Origin: an uncultured virus (IMG/VR IMGVR_UViG_3300035661_000052)
Lineage: Duplodnaviria; Heunggongvirae; Uroviricota; Caudoviricetes
IMG/VR virus record: IMGVR_UViG_3300035661_000052
DNA: 64,000 bases
Reading direction: 5' to 3' (one strand)
Shown: positions 48,317-57,383 of the stretch, piece after piece
Layout: every line of letters begins with the position of its first letter
Numbering within the stretch: position 1 is the stretch's first letter
Notes under the pieces: model-generated
Database searches by the model: none
Told to the model about the DNA's origin: nothing
The model's input: the letters and a program-made list of their open reading frames with translations, nothing else
Translations under genes and position numbers: made by a program

Positions 48317-50416
48317 TTAGAAGTAGGAGGTGGTACCAGCTTGTGTAGCTTGTGCCCCCCCGAAGAGGGGTTTCTTGAAGAAAGTGTTGTCCTTGGGGAT
48401 ACGCTTCTCTTCTTTGTAAGCATTCTCCTTGAGCATGAACATGGCTAGGATAGAACCTGAGATACGGTCAGCATTCTTGTCCGGATTGAATCGCTTCATC
48501 TCCCTCAGCAGGCCGAGCCAGTAGATACGATGAATGTTTAGTACAGGTTTTCCCTCAGGAGTAGAGCCTCTCTGTGTAGTATGCCAGTTGGCCAAATAGG
48601 TAAGGCCCATACGTTTCTTTTCTGTGGACATATTCATGAAGATAGTACGATTTTTCTGCTGAGCAGCAGTAGTGTACTCCTTGTTACCGAGCATCTCAGG
48701 TTCGAAGTCCAGCTTGTGAAGTTGCTTCGTTTTACGTGCGTAGTCTACTATACCCTGTCCACCACCGGCTATCTCACTTTGGATAGACGCATTGTACATA
48801 TCACTCAGCATAAAGAGATTCTTGTAAGCAGTCTCCAGTTGTTGTGGCCGGGCATCATACCAGGCTACAGGAAGTCCCTCATCTACAGGGTCCAGCATGT
48901 TATACTGCTTCCATACAGAGACAGAGAACAGTGAGGTGAGATCTTCACTCTCTTCCTTGTAATAAGGATCGACTACGATTTGGTACATACCATCCGGAGT
49001 CTGCCCCTTGATGTCTTTATATGGACGGGCCGCGATAGTGACACATCCTTCCAGATCATCCTTGGCTGTGTGGGGATAGAAGTCCACTGGCTTGGCTACA
49101 TCCTTTGCTTGGGGTACCAGTATGACTCCATGTTCCTCATCACGTCTAAGTTGTCCGTAGCGTAACATACCCTGTATCACCTGCTGTGTCTCAACACGCC
49201 TGATCTGGGCATCCACTTCAGCGATGTCAAACATATTCTTGGAGAGACGTTTGAACATTTCTCCAGGTTTAAATGGGTACTCAGCCTTGTGTCCATCGAG
49301 TACTTTGGGATCTTTGGCTTTCTTTTTCTGCCGGCGAATGATCTTCTCAGAGTCAATGGCGCCAACAATATCCACGTTACCCTCTTCATCCATGAAAGAA
49401 CTCTTGGTTCTCCATACAGGGACAAAGTAGCCACAGGTAGTTCCCTCATAACCTTTCTCCCACACGTTGGGGAATGCCAGCATATCAAAACTATCCGGAT
49501 CATAGAAAATGTCTTCCAGTCCTTCAATACTTGTACCTTCTTCACCGCCGGTACCAAACACACTGATCTGTCCCACAGTGATGTCTCCATCTTGTATAGA
49601 ACCGCGGCATACATTCAGCGCTTTCTTCAGGTTCTTGAATGAACCAGCCTCTTCAAATACAATCTTACGTCCACGCTTTCCTCTGGTCTTTTCCGGATCA
49701 TCAATGCTCAGTCCTATGATCTCACTGAAACTACCACGTTCAACTCCCATACTATCAACATAGGATGCTTTCTGATGCAGAAGTGTACTTTTCTTCTGCC
49801 TGTTCTTCTTCCATTCAATACAGTTGTCATTGATGAAATCCAACATGGGCTGTACCTTATTGAGGATACCATCTGTTGTCAAGTACTGTTCCAGTCCTGC
49901 AAAATAGTAACTCTTGGAACCATCAATGAAGGTGAAATTGTACACTCCATCCTGGGCCTCTTTGTAAGAGAAGCCGGCTCCTCTTGTCTTCCCACAGCAG
50001 ACGTGCTTAGCGCCGGGAGACTGAATTCCCATGAATTCTCCGCCGTTCCAGGCGATGTGTTTGAAGTTGTACCACTCATAATCTATCTCATAGAATCTAG
50101 GAAAGCCCATGATACGATCACTCACAGTACGACTGAGTTTACCATCCTTCTTACTTCTTCCTTCCCTGTACATAGCCATGGCCACTGCATCGTCTACCTT
50201 CATGATAGGAGAGAAGTTTAGGTAGTGATACATTCTGCCGGGTATCCAAAGATCTCCAATACTGTAACCTTCAGCACACCGATGTTCTTCCTCATCCCAC
50301 CATTCTGTCCACTCCCGGCTTCCTATAGGAGCCAGGCAATACTTGTCTCCCTGTTTTTTGAAATCACGGGCTGTATAAGAGAACTGTGCAGTATTGACTA
50401 ACTTATGGAATCCCAT
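48317..50416 (-). CDS. terL: Terminase large subunit
   Basis: 699 aa. Walker A-like KTRGAGFS, Walker B IVFEEAG, coupling motif GTGG, RNase H-like nuclease IVVDPY and NADRI. Confidence 0.95.
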   Translation of the reverse strand: MGFHKLVNTAQFSYTARDFKKQGDKYCLAPIGSREWTEWWDEEEHRCAEGYSIGDLWIPGRMYHYLNFSPIMKVDDAVAMAMYREGRSKKDGKLSRTVSDRIMGFPRFYEIDYEWYNFKHIAWNGGEFMGIQSPGAKHVCCGKTRGAGFSYKEAQDGVYNFTFIDGSKSYYFAGLEQYLTTDGILNKVQPMLDFINDNCIEWKKNRQKKSTLLHQKASYVDSMGVERGSFSEIIGLSIDDPEKTRGKRGRKIVFEEAGSFKNLKKALNVCRGSIQDGDITVGQISVFGTGGEEGTSIEGLEDIFYDPDSFDMLAFPNVWEKGYEGTTCGYFVPVWRTKSSFMDEEGNVDIVGAIDSEKIIRRQKKKAKDPKVLDGHKAEYPFKPGEMFKRLSKNMFDIAEVDAQIRRVETQQVIQGMLRYGQLRRDEEHGVILVPQAKDVAKPVDFYPHTAKDDLEGCVTIAARPYKDIKGQTPDGMYQIVVDPYYKEESEDLTSLFSVSVWKQYNMLDPVDEGLPVAWYDARPQQLETAYKNLFMLSDMYNASIQSEIAGGGQGIVDYARKTKQLHKLDFEPEMLGNKEYTTAAQQKNRTIFMNMSTEKKRMGLTYLANWHTTQRGSTPEGKPVLNIHRIYWLGLLREMKRFNPDKNADRISGSILAMFMLKENAYKEEKRIPKDNTFFKKPLFGGAQATQAGTTSYF

Positions 50417-50601
50417 TACTTTTTGTTGGTTTTATATGTGCGGCGCTTGGATTTAGCCTGATGTGTTGTATGCCAATTTGAGCAAGCAATGCAGTAGTAC
50501 ACATAGGTAAGTTTGAATTGAAGTTTCTTCTTACGGTTGACTTCCTTCATTGCAGCTTTGGCAATGGCACGGGTTTCATAACATTTCTTGGTACATGACA
50601 T
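50416..50601 (-). CDS. Small basic zinc-finger protein
   Basis: 61 aa; C.KKCY...YYCIACSNWHTT; TAATG-coupled on both sides. Confidence 0.7.
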   Translation of the reverse strand: MSCTKKCYETRAIAKAAMKEVNRKKKLQFKLTYVYYCIACSNWHTTHQAKSKRRTYKTNKK

Positions 50602-50816
50602 TAGTTGGTTGTACTGATGATGTGGTCCTTTTCTACTGATAGTTCAAAACCAAAATGTTCAGACTTCATAGTACCACAGGCCACTTCATAGGTAACATCT
50701 CCATCCCGGTATACCCTGAGAGAAGTGATTACTCTTAGCCGTTGCTCACTATCTGTAGTCAGGTATACTGCACTGCCAATTTCAAATTGAGTCTTAACTA
50801 TTAGTGTCATTTTCAT
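50601..50816 (-). CDS. Hypothetical small protein (SH3/KOW-like)
   Basis: 71 aa; FEIGSAVYL start; translationally coupled to the next gene. Confidence 0.65.
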   Translation of the reverse strand: MKMTLIVKTQFEIGSAVYLTTDSEQRLRVITSLRVYRDGDVTYEVACGTMKSEHFGFELSVEKDHIISTTN

Positions 50817-50822
50817 AAGTGT

Positions 50823-51506
50823 TTATTCCTCGTCATTTTCATCCCCAAGCATCTTCCCAATCTCTTCAAATGAGATCTGCTGTATAGAAGGAGCAGAGAG
50901 TTGCAGGGTTTTCTTTTCACTCCACTCAGTTCTCATAGTTCCCTCTTTCCTTCCCAGGGTAGACTGGCCACGGATGGATGCGTCTCCCTTCATCTCTTCC
51001 TGAACACGTTTCTTAAAAGCATCAACCGCAGTGTAAGCCTTACCCAGTTTCTCCAGATTGGTGAGGTACTGGTTAGGACTATGTACAAGTTCTCCCTTCT
51101 TATCCTTTTCAGTAAAATCCAGCTCCAGGAAGTAAGTATCCAATGCATTGAGTGAGTACTCCACAGCCTTGAGTGTCTTGAGACTCCTACTGGATTGAAG
51201 CAGCAGATCATTGTACTTACTATGAGCCTGCATTACAGCTGCATCCATATCCGACTCACCAAGGCCGGCATACTTCATTGCCTCCTGTCTACGTTCGAAG
51301 TCTTCCCACTCACGAATGGGGGAGGTGAAGTCCAGATCGAAGTAGATGAAAGTGAACTCACGTTTGGCTTTCAACTTCTTGTCTCCGCGGTAATCTCCTT
51401 CTGAGCCCTTGTCCCTTCTCAGCAGAGCAGCAAACTCTGGTATCAGCATGATCCATTCCTTGTTTAGTTCTACCTGGTAGTTAGCGTCTATAGTGAAGAG
51501 TCTCAT
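50823..51506 (-). CDS. Conserved helical protein upstream of terminase (terminase small subunit candidate)
   Basis: 227 aa; assignment rests on position and helical character, so function is inferred. Confidence 0.55.
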   Translation of the reverse strand: MRLFTIDANYQVELNKEWIMLIPEFAALLRRDKGSEGDYRGDKKLKAKREFTFIYFDLDFTSPIREWEDFERRQEAMKYAGLGESDMDAAVMQAHSKYNDLLLQSSRSLKTLKAVEYSLNALDTYFLELDFTEKDKKGELVHSPNQYLTNLEKLGKAYTAVDAFKKRVQEEMKGDASIRGQSTLGRKEGTMRTEWSEKKTLQLSAPSIQQISFEEIGKMLGDENDEE

Positions 51507-51853
51507 TGTTCAATGCCCTCCATCAGGACATCCATTGCATCCTTGTTTGATTTGAAATACTTCTTCATATCCTTGCCCAACGAATGTAGGAAGTCCTTGT
51601 ACTGTTGTGAATGAAGTTTGACCTGAAACTTACCGAGATAGGGTACCATTACCCCTTCAAGTGAGCCGGAGTGAATGGTACCTGAGATAAATTCAGAGAA
51701 GTGTTTAGTAATGTGCTCAACCTGTGAGATGTTGAGACTCATATCTTCCGCTATTTCACGGATGATACGACTATTACATTCCTTCTCCTCATAGGGTAGA
51801 TGAGAATCATACATGGCCATAGTGAAACGTTTATTTGCACTTACACATAGCAA
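51503..51853 (-). CDS. HU/IHF-like DNA-binding protein
   Basis: IIREIAEDMSLNISQV...VMVPYLGKFQVK matches the HU fold pattern; true start is probably the internal MAMYD. Confidence 0.7.
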   Translation of the reverse strand: MLCVSANKRFTMAMYDSHLPYEEKECNSRIIREIAEDMSLNISQVEHITKHFSEFISGTIHSGSLEGVMVPYLGKFQVKLHSQQYKDFLHSLGKDMKKYFKSNKDAMDVLMEGIEQ

Positions 51854-52679
51854 GCACTTCTTTCTTTAAATAGGGTACTTCGTATTCAACCGGCTTAGGA
51901 TTGGGATTATCTGCTGTTGGGTGAGGATAGTGTTTGATAGTTATTCTTCCCGGCAGGAATCCCTGATACTCCAGACAGAGCATGTACACACTCTGTTGAA
52001 TAGCGTAGTGGATCCAATTGCAATCCATCAGGTGAGCAATGGGATACTTCATCATCTTGTAACTGCCATTGCGGAACTGAAAACTCTTGAAGTCCAGCTT
52101 AGCGTTGGTTTTGTAATCCTCTATATTAGCATATCTCAGTGGTCCCCGTTGAACTCCGAACCCGTGAATAGGTGTATTGTCTGTAAGGATGATAGTTTTA
52201 TCAATCCTTCCAGCTATTTTGTACCCGTGGTGCCACACCATCCTCTCTGTGTACACTCCATCAGGTCTCTCAATCCATGGATAGTTATCCTCATAGCCGG
52301 GCCCGATCACCGATACCTGCTGTCCTTCATAGATGTTAATCATTCTCCCGTGGTCTGACACCTCATTGGCATCATGTATCTTGTTCCCCCTCACTCTGCT
52401 CAGCAGGTTCTTTTCTTCCCACTTCTGTTTCCAGTACTCAGGAGTGTTACCATGTTTCTCAGCATATTTGATGTGAGCATCTGCAGGGAACTTCTCATGG
52501 AAGTCTTCATACAGAGAAGAAGCTCCGATGTATTTCTGTTGATTGAGAGTGTAAACATGTTCAGCATCATCATAGACTACAGGAGTAGTTATAGGTATCT
52601 GCTGTTCAGTACCACACAGTAGTTTACTATCCATCTCTTTAGATGCAAACTCACGTTGTATGTTTTCTGCCCAACTCAT
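51831..52679 (-). CDS. PD-(D/E)xK exonuclease
   Basis: 282 aa; RGNKIH, TE, IAGRID, IEDYKT and HYAIQ..Y motifs of RecB/Cas4-like nucleases. Confidence 0.85.
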   Translation of the reverse strand: MSWAENIQREFASKEMDSKLLCGTEQQIPITTPVVYDDAEHVYTLNQQKYIGASSLYEDFHEKFPADAHIKYAEKHGNTPEYWKQKWEEKNLLSRVRGNKIHDANEVSDHGRMINIYEGQQVSVIGPGYEDNYPWIERPDGVYTERMVWHHGYKIAGRIDKTIILTDNTPIHGFGVQRGPLRYANIEDYKTNAKLDFKSFQFRNGSYKMMKYPIAHLMDCNWIHYAIQQSVYMLCLEYQGFLPGRITIKHYPHPTADNPNPKPVEYEVPYLKKEVLAMCKCK

Positions 52680-52837
52680 TACAAATAGTATCTTATTGGC
52701 ATGATAAACTTCTTGGCAGCTTTCACAGCACTGCTCTTACGTTTGTAAGTCTCACTGGTAGCAATGGTCTTACCGTTGCGTGCGTGAATAGTGAAGAATA
52801 TCTGATTGTCGAGTGAACGTTTAATATGTATTTTCAT
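52679..52837 (-). CDS. DUF1508/YegP-like small protein
   Basis: Below the ORF-track cutoff. Hand translation: MKIHIKRSLDNQIFFTIHARNGKTIATSETYKRKSSAVKAAKKFIMPIRYYL (52 aa), with the A.NG..IA.SE.Y signature. TAATG overlap with the exonuclease gene. Confidence 0.8.
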   Translation of the reverse strand: MKIHIKRSLDNQIFFTIHARNGKTIATSETYKRKSSAVKAAKKFIMPIRYYL

Positions 52838-52847
52838 AGTTGTAGAT

Positions 52848-53171
52848 TTATCGAGTGACGGCTTTCACTGCATACATCTGAGCAGTCTCCAGGTTAGTCT
52901 TGGCAATGGAGGCAAGCCGCATCATGTCTGAATGTTGTAAATCTCTTGAAGTAAAAGTTCTTTCAATGTTTTCCTTAACCTCAGGGTCAGTAGTAGAAGT
53001 CATATCAATATGCCTCTGTCGTACCCACTTATCAATTTCATCAAATGCATCAGCGAAGATCTGTTTGATTGCAGCCACGTCCTCACGCTGACCGGGATTG
53101 AAGGATACGGACATTATATGTTGTCCTCTGGTGAGAGTCTTCGAAGACTCCTGTGTAGATTGTGAATCCAT
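52848..53171 (-). CDS. Acb2/Tad1-like helical hairpin protein (candidate nucleotide-signal sponge)
   Basis: 107 aa; FNP....V..IK...A..D and RLASIAKTNLETAQMYAVKAVT, resembling the C-terminal helix of the Acb2/Tad1 family. Confidence 0.65.
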   Translation of the reverse strand: MDSQSTQESSKTLTRGQHIMSVSFNPGQREDVAAIKQIFADAFDEIDKWVRQRHIDMTSTTDPEVKENIERTFTSRDLQHSDMMRLASIAKTNLETAQMYAVKAVTR

Positions 53172-53249
53172 AGTTGTAAAGATTTAATATTAGGTAGTTA
53201 AGGTACACCTGCTGGGTAGTGAGAAAATTGTTACCCACACGGTGTTGGT

Positions 53250-53285
53250 AAATAACAATGCCCCAGAGTATTAATCTGAGGCATC
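53250..53285 (-). terminator. Possible intrinsic terminator
   Basis: Minus strand ATGCCTCAGA-TTAATAC-TCTGGGGCAT followed by TGTTATTT, after the 53301 gene. Confidence 0.5.
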
Positions 53286-53300
53286 TGTCATCTGGTTAGG

Positions 53301-53771
53301 TTAGACTGTTGGCGGAGTTGGGTCTGTTACTACTGGAGTTGGGTCAACTACCGGAGCTGGTGTTGGAGCCGAAACAGTACTGGCTACATCAGTTGTAATA
53401 GTATCCAGGCCCTGGCTTACTACACCAAGAGATTCTCTTAGTGTTTGTACTCCTGCTGGTGATATACCACTGGCTAACTGTCCCTGCAAATCAAGGATGG
53501 TTGCTTTCAGTGTTTCGTTTGCTGCTTGTGCAGTAGCAATGGTTACATCTTTTGCAGCCATAGTGTCGGTGAGAGTTTGCTGTACACTATCAAGTGTAGT
53601 TTGTAATGTCGCTTCTTTAGCTTTCAAGGCTTCTACCTCAGCTAAAATTTCTTGTTCTGCATCCATGATTTTGTCGAGTTTTGAGTTAATAGATTGTAAT
53701 AGAGTTACCAACTGTGCACCGGGTTCATCTCCAATGAATCTGTGCTCATGTTTGAATAGACCGAGTACCAT
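53301..53771 (-). CDS. Hypothetical coiled-coil protein with Pro/Thr-rich tail
   Basis: 156 aa; first gene of the minus-strand block; heptad pattern; C-terminal PTPAPVVDPTPVVTDPTPPTV. Confidence 0.7.
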   Translation of the reverse strand: MVLGLFKHEHRFIGDEPGAQLVTLLQSINSKLDKIMDAEQEILAEVEALKAKEATLQTTLDSVQQTLTDTMAAKDVTIATAQAANETLKATILDLQGQLASGISPAGVQTLRESLGVVSQGLDTITTDVASTVSAPTPAPVVDPTPVVTDPTPPTV

Positions 53772-54450
53772 AATGTGTGTTTGAATTGAGTGTGAAAGTA
53801 GAGAGATAATTGAGCCATGTAGCCCACTCTCTATACAGCAGATGTCCCCTCAATGACAATTTACTGCATTCTTTCCATACGTCTGCTGGATACCAAGTGC
53901 CGAGGATTGGGTCATACACAGATCCTCCAGAGTAAACTATTCAGTGCCAGTTTCCTGGATACTCTTGCTGGACGAGAGATGCGGAGGCACACTTTATGCT
54001 TAACAGGAGTCTTTGAATACCTTACAATCAAATATGCAAGTAGCGTGTTCCCTTCTTGTGTCCTATCAGTTCAATGCCCCTATCTAAGGTAATACTTAGG
54101 AGAATAGCCTGGCAACAGAGAGAGATGAATTGAGTGGTTGTTGTATTATAGGAATAGATTGAGTGCAAGGTAAAAAATTTCTAAAATTTTGAAAATATAT
54201 TTTGAAGAAGTGTGTGTTGTTAACTGGTGGGACCACCTCCGTGAAGAGCCCCCTACTAAGTTTTGCGGGTGAAGGTGTCCGTCATCAGCAATTCAGCTAA
54301 TCTGGTTGAGTTGTCTTCTTTGTTGCCAGTAATCAATACTGGATGAAAGCCAATAGAACATGGCAGCGTTAACCGGCTTCACGGTTGCCCTTTTTAATTC
54401 AACGCATCTTAACTTTAAACCTTTCGGTCATAGGTCAACCGAGTCATATT

Positions 54451-55008
54451 ATGAGCACACGCATCAACATCGACGCAGCAAGAGCAATTGCCATCATCAA
54501 CAGCAGAACACCACTGTCACGTACACACGTAGGACAACAGGTGTTGCTCACTGTACAAGGCGCAGGAACATTTCAATCTGCTACACAGCAGGAAGCCAAG
54601 ACTCCAGGCCAGAAGGCGTACTTCGACAAGTACATCCACAACCTGAAAGCCAACAGTACAGAGGCCATGAGCCGTCCAGAGAACAAAGCCATCTTCGCCG
54701 CAGCAATGAAAGCTGAAGCAGCAGGCAATGTGGATGAAGCATCTGAACTTTTCAATGAATACCTGAACAATGTACAGGTGAGCTTCAACGCCATCGCACG
54801 TCCGGGTGTACGCAAGTTCGAAGATGGAGACATGTGTACTGCACTTGTTGAAGAGGCAGATACCAAGAGTGGCAACAGAGCCATCGTGGTGAACCAGGTG
54901 AAGTACAAGGCTCCAACAACTGTGGAGAAAGTGAAGTTCAGTATCACAGACCTGTTGGGAGAAGAGGCACCAGTTGCCGTAGACAATGCAGCTGTAGTAA
55001 CAGAGTAG
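54451..55008 (+). CDS. Hypothetical, probably highly expressed protein (possible OB-fold)
   Basis: ATG at 54451 (MSTRINIDAAR...), 185 aa; codon bias toward AAC/ATC/TTC; acidic C-terminal tail. Confidence 0.75.
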   Translation: MSTRINIDAARAIAIINSRTPLSRTHVGQQVLLTVQGAGTFQSATQQEAKTPGQKAYFDKYIHNLKANSTEAMSRPENKAIFAAAMKAEAAGNVDEASELFNEYLNNVQVSFNAIARPGVRKFEDGDMCTALVEEADTKSGNRAIVVNQVKYKAPTTVEKVKFSITDLLGEEAPVAVDNAAVVTE

Positions 55009-55009
55009 C

Positions 55010-55351
55010 ATTCATCTGCTGTAGAGAATTGGAGGAGAAGTCGGTAATCCTTCAATACACAGCAGGAGTCTTAACGTCAGGGCACACAGTCGAGAGATTG
55101 TGTGCTCTTTTTAACAGATCAATCGTTCAGGATAGATACACAGCGGGCTTCACAGAGATGTGGAGTCCATTTTTTCCAGGGTACGGAGTATACTACTCCT
55201 GCTGTAGAGAGTGAGAAGATGAGATCTGCTGGTGATCGAGAGGCGTGTCCTCAATACACAGCAGGCAGGAGTGGTGCGGTAAGAGTTGGAACTGGTGCAG
55301 TACGCAATGAGAGGTGGTGCACTAACCCCTCTTTCTACGCAGCAGATGAAT
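55010..55351. repeat. Nested inverted repeats built from an ACAGCAG(A/G) motif
   Basis: ATTCATCTGCTG (55010-21) pairs with CAGCAGATGAAT (55340-51); ACAGCAGGAGT (55059-69) pairs with ACTCCTGCTGT (55195-205); direct repeat TCAATACACAGCAGG at 55052 and 55251. Confidence 0.8.
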
Positions 55352-55518
55352 TTTTACTGGCCTCAGAATATACTAGTCAGAATTCCATACCTTAGTGAGA
55401 TGAAACAAGAAGATGACAATGGGGTTGCACTGATCGGGATTGTCTGTGTATGGGTATTTGGAGCTTACGTGTTTGGTAGGGTAGTGCTGTGGTTAGTGAG
55501 CCTGATGTGAGGATCTAT

Positions 55519-55745
55519 TTGAAATTTAATTTCAAGTGCTGATGCGTAAGTGACTGAGTCTGTGGCTCTTCGAGCCTGGACCTACACATCCCTCTAACAC
55601 CTATTCAATACTACCTCAGATACTACCCCACTATTCTCTCAACACATCTATCACAGCTTCTATTCTTTCCCGTTATCCTACTATTCACTGAAACAGTAGC
55701 CGATTTCACTACTAAATAGCACATTTGTAGTGAATTTCACTACTG
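55519..55745. promoter_or_regulatory. Candidate replication origin
   Basis: Palindrome TTGAAATT-T-AATTTCAA; G-rich to G-poor skew flip at ~55570; CTATTC x4; TTCACTAC direct and inverted repeats; adjacent to a RepL-like gene. Confidence 0.5.
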
Positions 55746-55758
55746 GCAATTCACAAAT

Positions 55759-56244
55759 TCAATCATTTAACTCCTTCTGTGTAACATACACGGTTTTTAG
55801 TTTTAACTTACGATCCTCAAACATAGTAAGTCTATTTCCTGCACAATAGAAACGTGGATTGTACCAAAATGAGTTATCCTTCTTATTTCTAATACTAATC
55901 ACATCATGCCTGATAAGTTCGCGTATAGTATCTTCATACTTTCGTTTAGATACCTTCTCTGGATGTCGGAGTTCTTTTATCTTATCCAAAGAAAGAATCA
56001 CATACTCATAAGAGTCATTGGTAAAATACTGAATAGTTAAGAACATATCTCTGGCATAAATTGTCATCTTTAAGATAACATCTCTATATTTCTTGGCAGT
56101 ATACATCCTGGTATAATCCTCAGCTTCAGTTTCAAAGCCATAAAGTATTTTAGAATTCTTACCTTTGATAGGTATAATATCAGTGACATTTTTAATATAC
56201 TTCACTACTAAAGGAGCAGTGAATGGATTGGTTGGTTGATACAT
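55759..56244 (-). CDS. RepL-like replication initiator/winged-helix protein
   Basis: 161 aa; HTH-like segment SKRKYEDTIRELIRHDVI followed by FWYNPRFYCAGNR, the (Y/W)xxNP...G.R signature of RepL-like proteins reported in crAss-like phages. Confidence 0.7.
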   Translation of the reverse strand: MYQPTNPFTAPLVVKYIKNVTDIIPIKGKNSKILYGFETEAEDYTRMYTAKKYRDVILKMTIYARDMFLTIQYFTNDSYEYVILSLDKIKELRHPEKVSKRKYEDTIRELIRHDVISIRNKKDNSFWYNPRFYCAGNRLTMFEDRKLKLKTVYVTQKELND

Positions 56245-56429
56245 TTGAGTATGATTTGAATAAAGGTATGTATTTTATGCAGTAATTCTACACGATTTAA
56301 AAAAGTGTGTAGAATCTCTGCATATCAAATCAGCTATAATGCACTGGTAGTAAGCATTTCAGAAATATCCTTCCCTAAATAGTACATTGAGGGAAGCCAA
56401 CAATTATTATCACTTTCAATTACACTCCA

Positions 56430-56813
56430 ATGAGTAATCAAAATCCATTTGTAACAGGAGAATATATTCCACCGGTAAATAAGGTGCCTCAAGACAGGGC
56501 AGATAAAATAACTAATGAAATACTTGAAACACTTACATCTGACCAGTTATTAACTGTAATAGCCGAAGTAATTGGACCTTCCAGTAACAGTGTACTTGTA
56601 AGAGTACAAAGTTTAGAATATGGTGTAGTGGATGTATCTATAGATTTGAACATTATATTCTTACTACTACTTAAAACAATCCCTTGCAACAATCGCAAAC
56701 AAGTAGAAAAATTATTAATGGGAAATAAAGTTTGGCCAAATCATATCTACTTATTCGATGAAGATGAGTCAATAGCTGAACCAGATTATCCACCAATGTG
56801 TGTGACAAGTTAG
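56430..56813 (+). CDS. Hypothetical protein
   Basis: 127-aa ORF with an AT-rich Bacteroidota-type initiation region, followed by a terminator. Confidence 0.6.
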   Translation: MSNQNPFVTGEYIPPVNKVPQDRADKITNEILETLTSDQLLTVIAEVIGPSSNSVLVRVQSLEYGVVDVSIDLNIIFLLLLKTIPCNNRKQVEKLLMGNKVWPNHIYLFDEDESIAEPDYPPMCVTS

Positions 56814-56837
56814 CACATTTTAAATATTTATAGTTTC

Positions 56838-56864
56838 AAGCCTCACCTAACCGTGGGGCTTTTT
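56838..56864 (+). terminator. Intrinsic terminator
   Basis: AAGCCTCAC-CTAACC-GTGGGGCTT followed by TTT. Confidence 0.7.
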
Positions 56865-57383
56865 CAATTCCATCCACTTAATTCCATAACAACTTAAATC
56901 AACTCCAATGAGCGCAATTATCAATGGCACACTCATGAGCACAACTGATGCTCAGAGCTGGGACTTTCAATAGTCCACTTAATTCACAACATCTGCTGGT
57001 CAATGAGTAGCAGATGTTTACCTTCACAATTCAATCAATTAACATAGGAGCAGACAAACATTTAATATGGAAAAGAAACCACGTAAACCAATGATTAAAG
57101 CTATCCGCAAATGTCTCAGATGGAACCATGACTTCCAAAGCTGAAGCCTATTAAGACTCAACTCACAGGTACAAAGACACCTGTTATTGATATTGTTCTC
57201 AGGGGACAGATAATTACCCGGCTCTAACCTCTAATCCAAACGTCTTCCTATGAGCACTCCTTAATTACACGAATCTCTTAATTCTTAATGGTACAGGTAC
57301 TCTGTATAAATGAATGTTCGCACACATCTGCCGTGAGTTACGGACTCCGGCAGATATATTCCTCAAATTAAAAACCCCGCTAT

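Noticed and set aside
43055..50416. Inteins or introns in capsid, portal or terminase
   Set aside because: The ORFs are continuous and of ordinary length, with no intein splice motifs or homing endonuclease.
8319..53784. Numerous short + strand and alternate-frame ORFs in the track
   Set aside because: They are antisense or out-of-frame shadows of long motif-bearing minus-strand genes, with no recognisable motifs.
55010..55351. CRISPR mini-array
   Set aside because: Repeats are short (11-15 nt), in mixed orientation and irregularly spaced; no cas genes.
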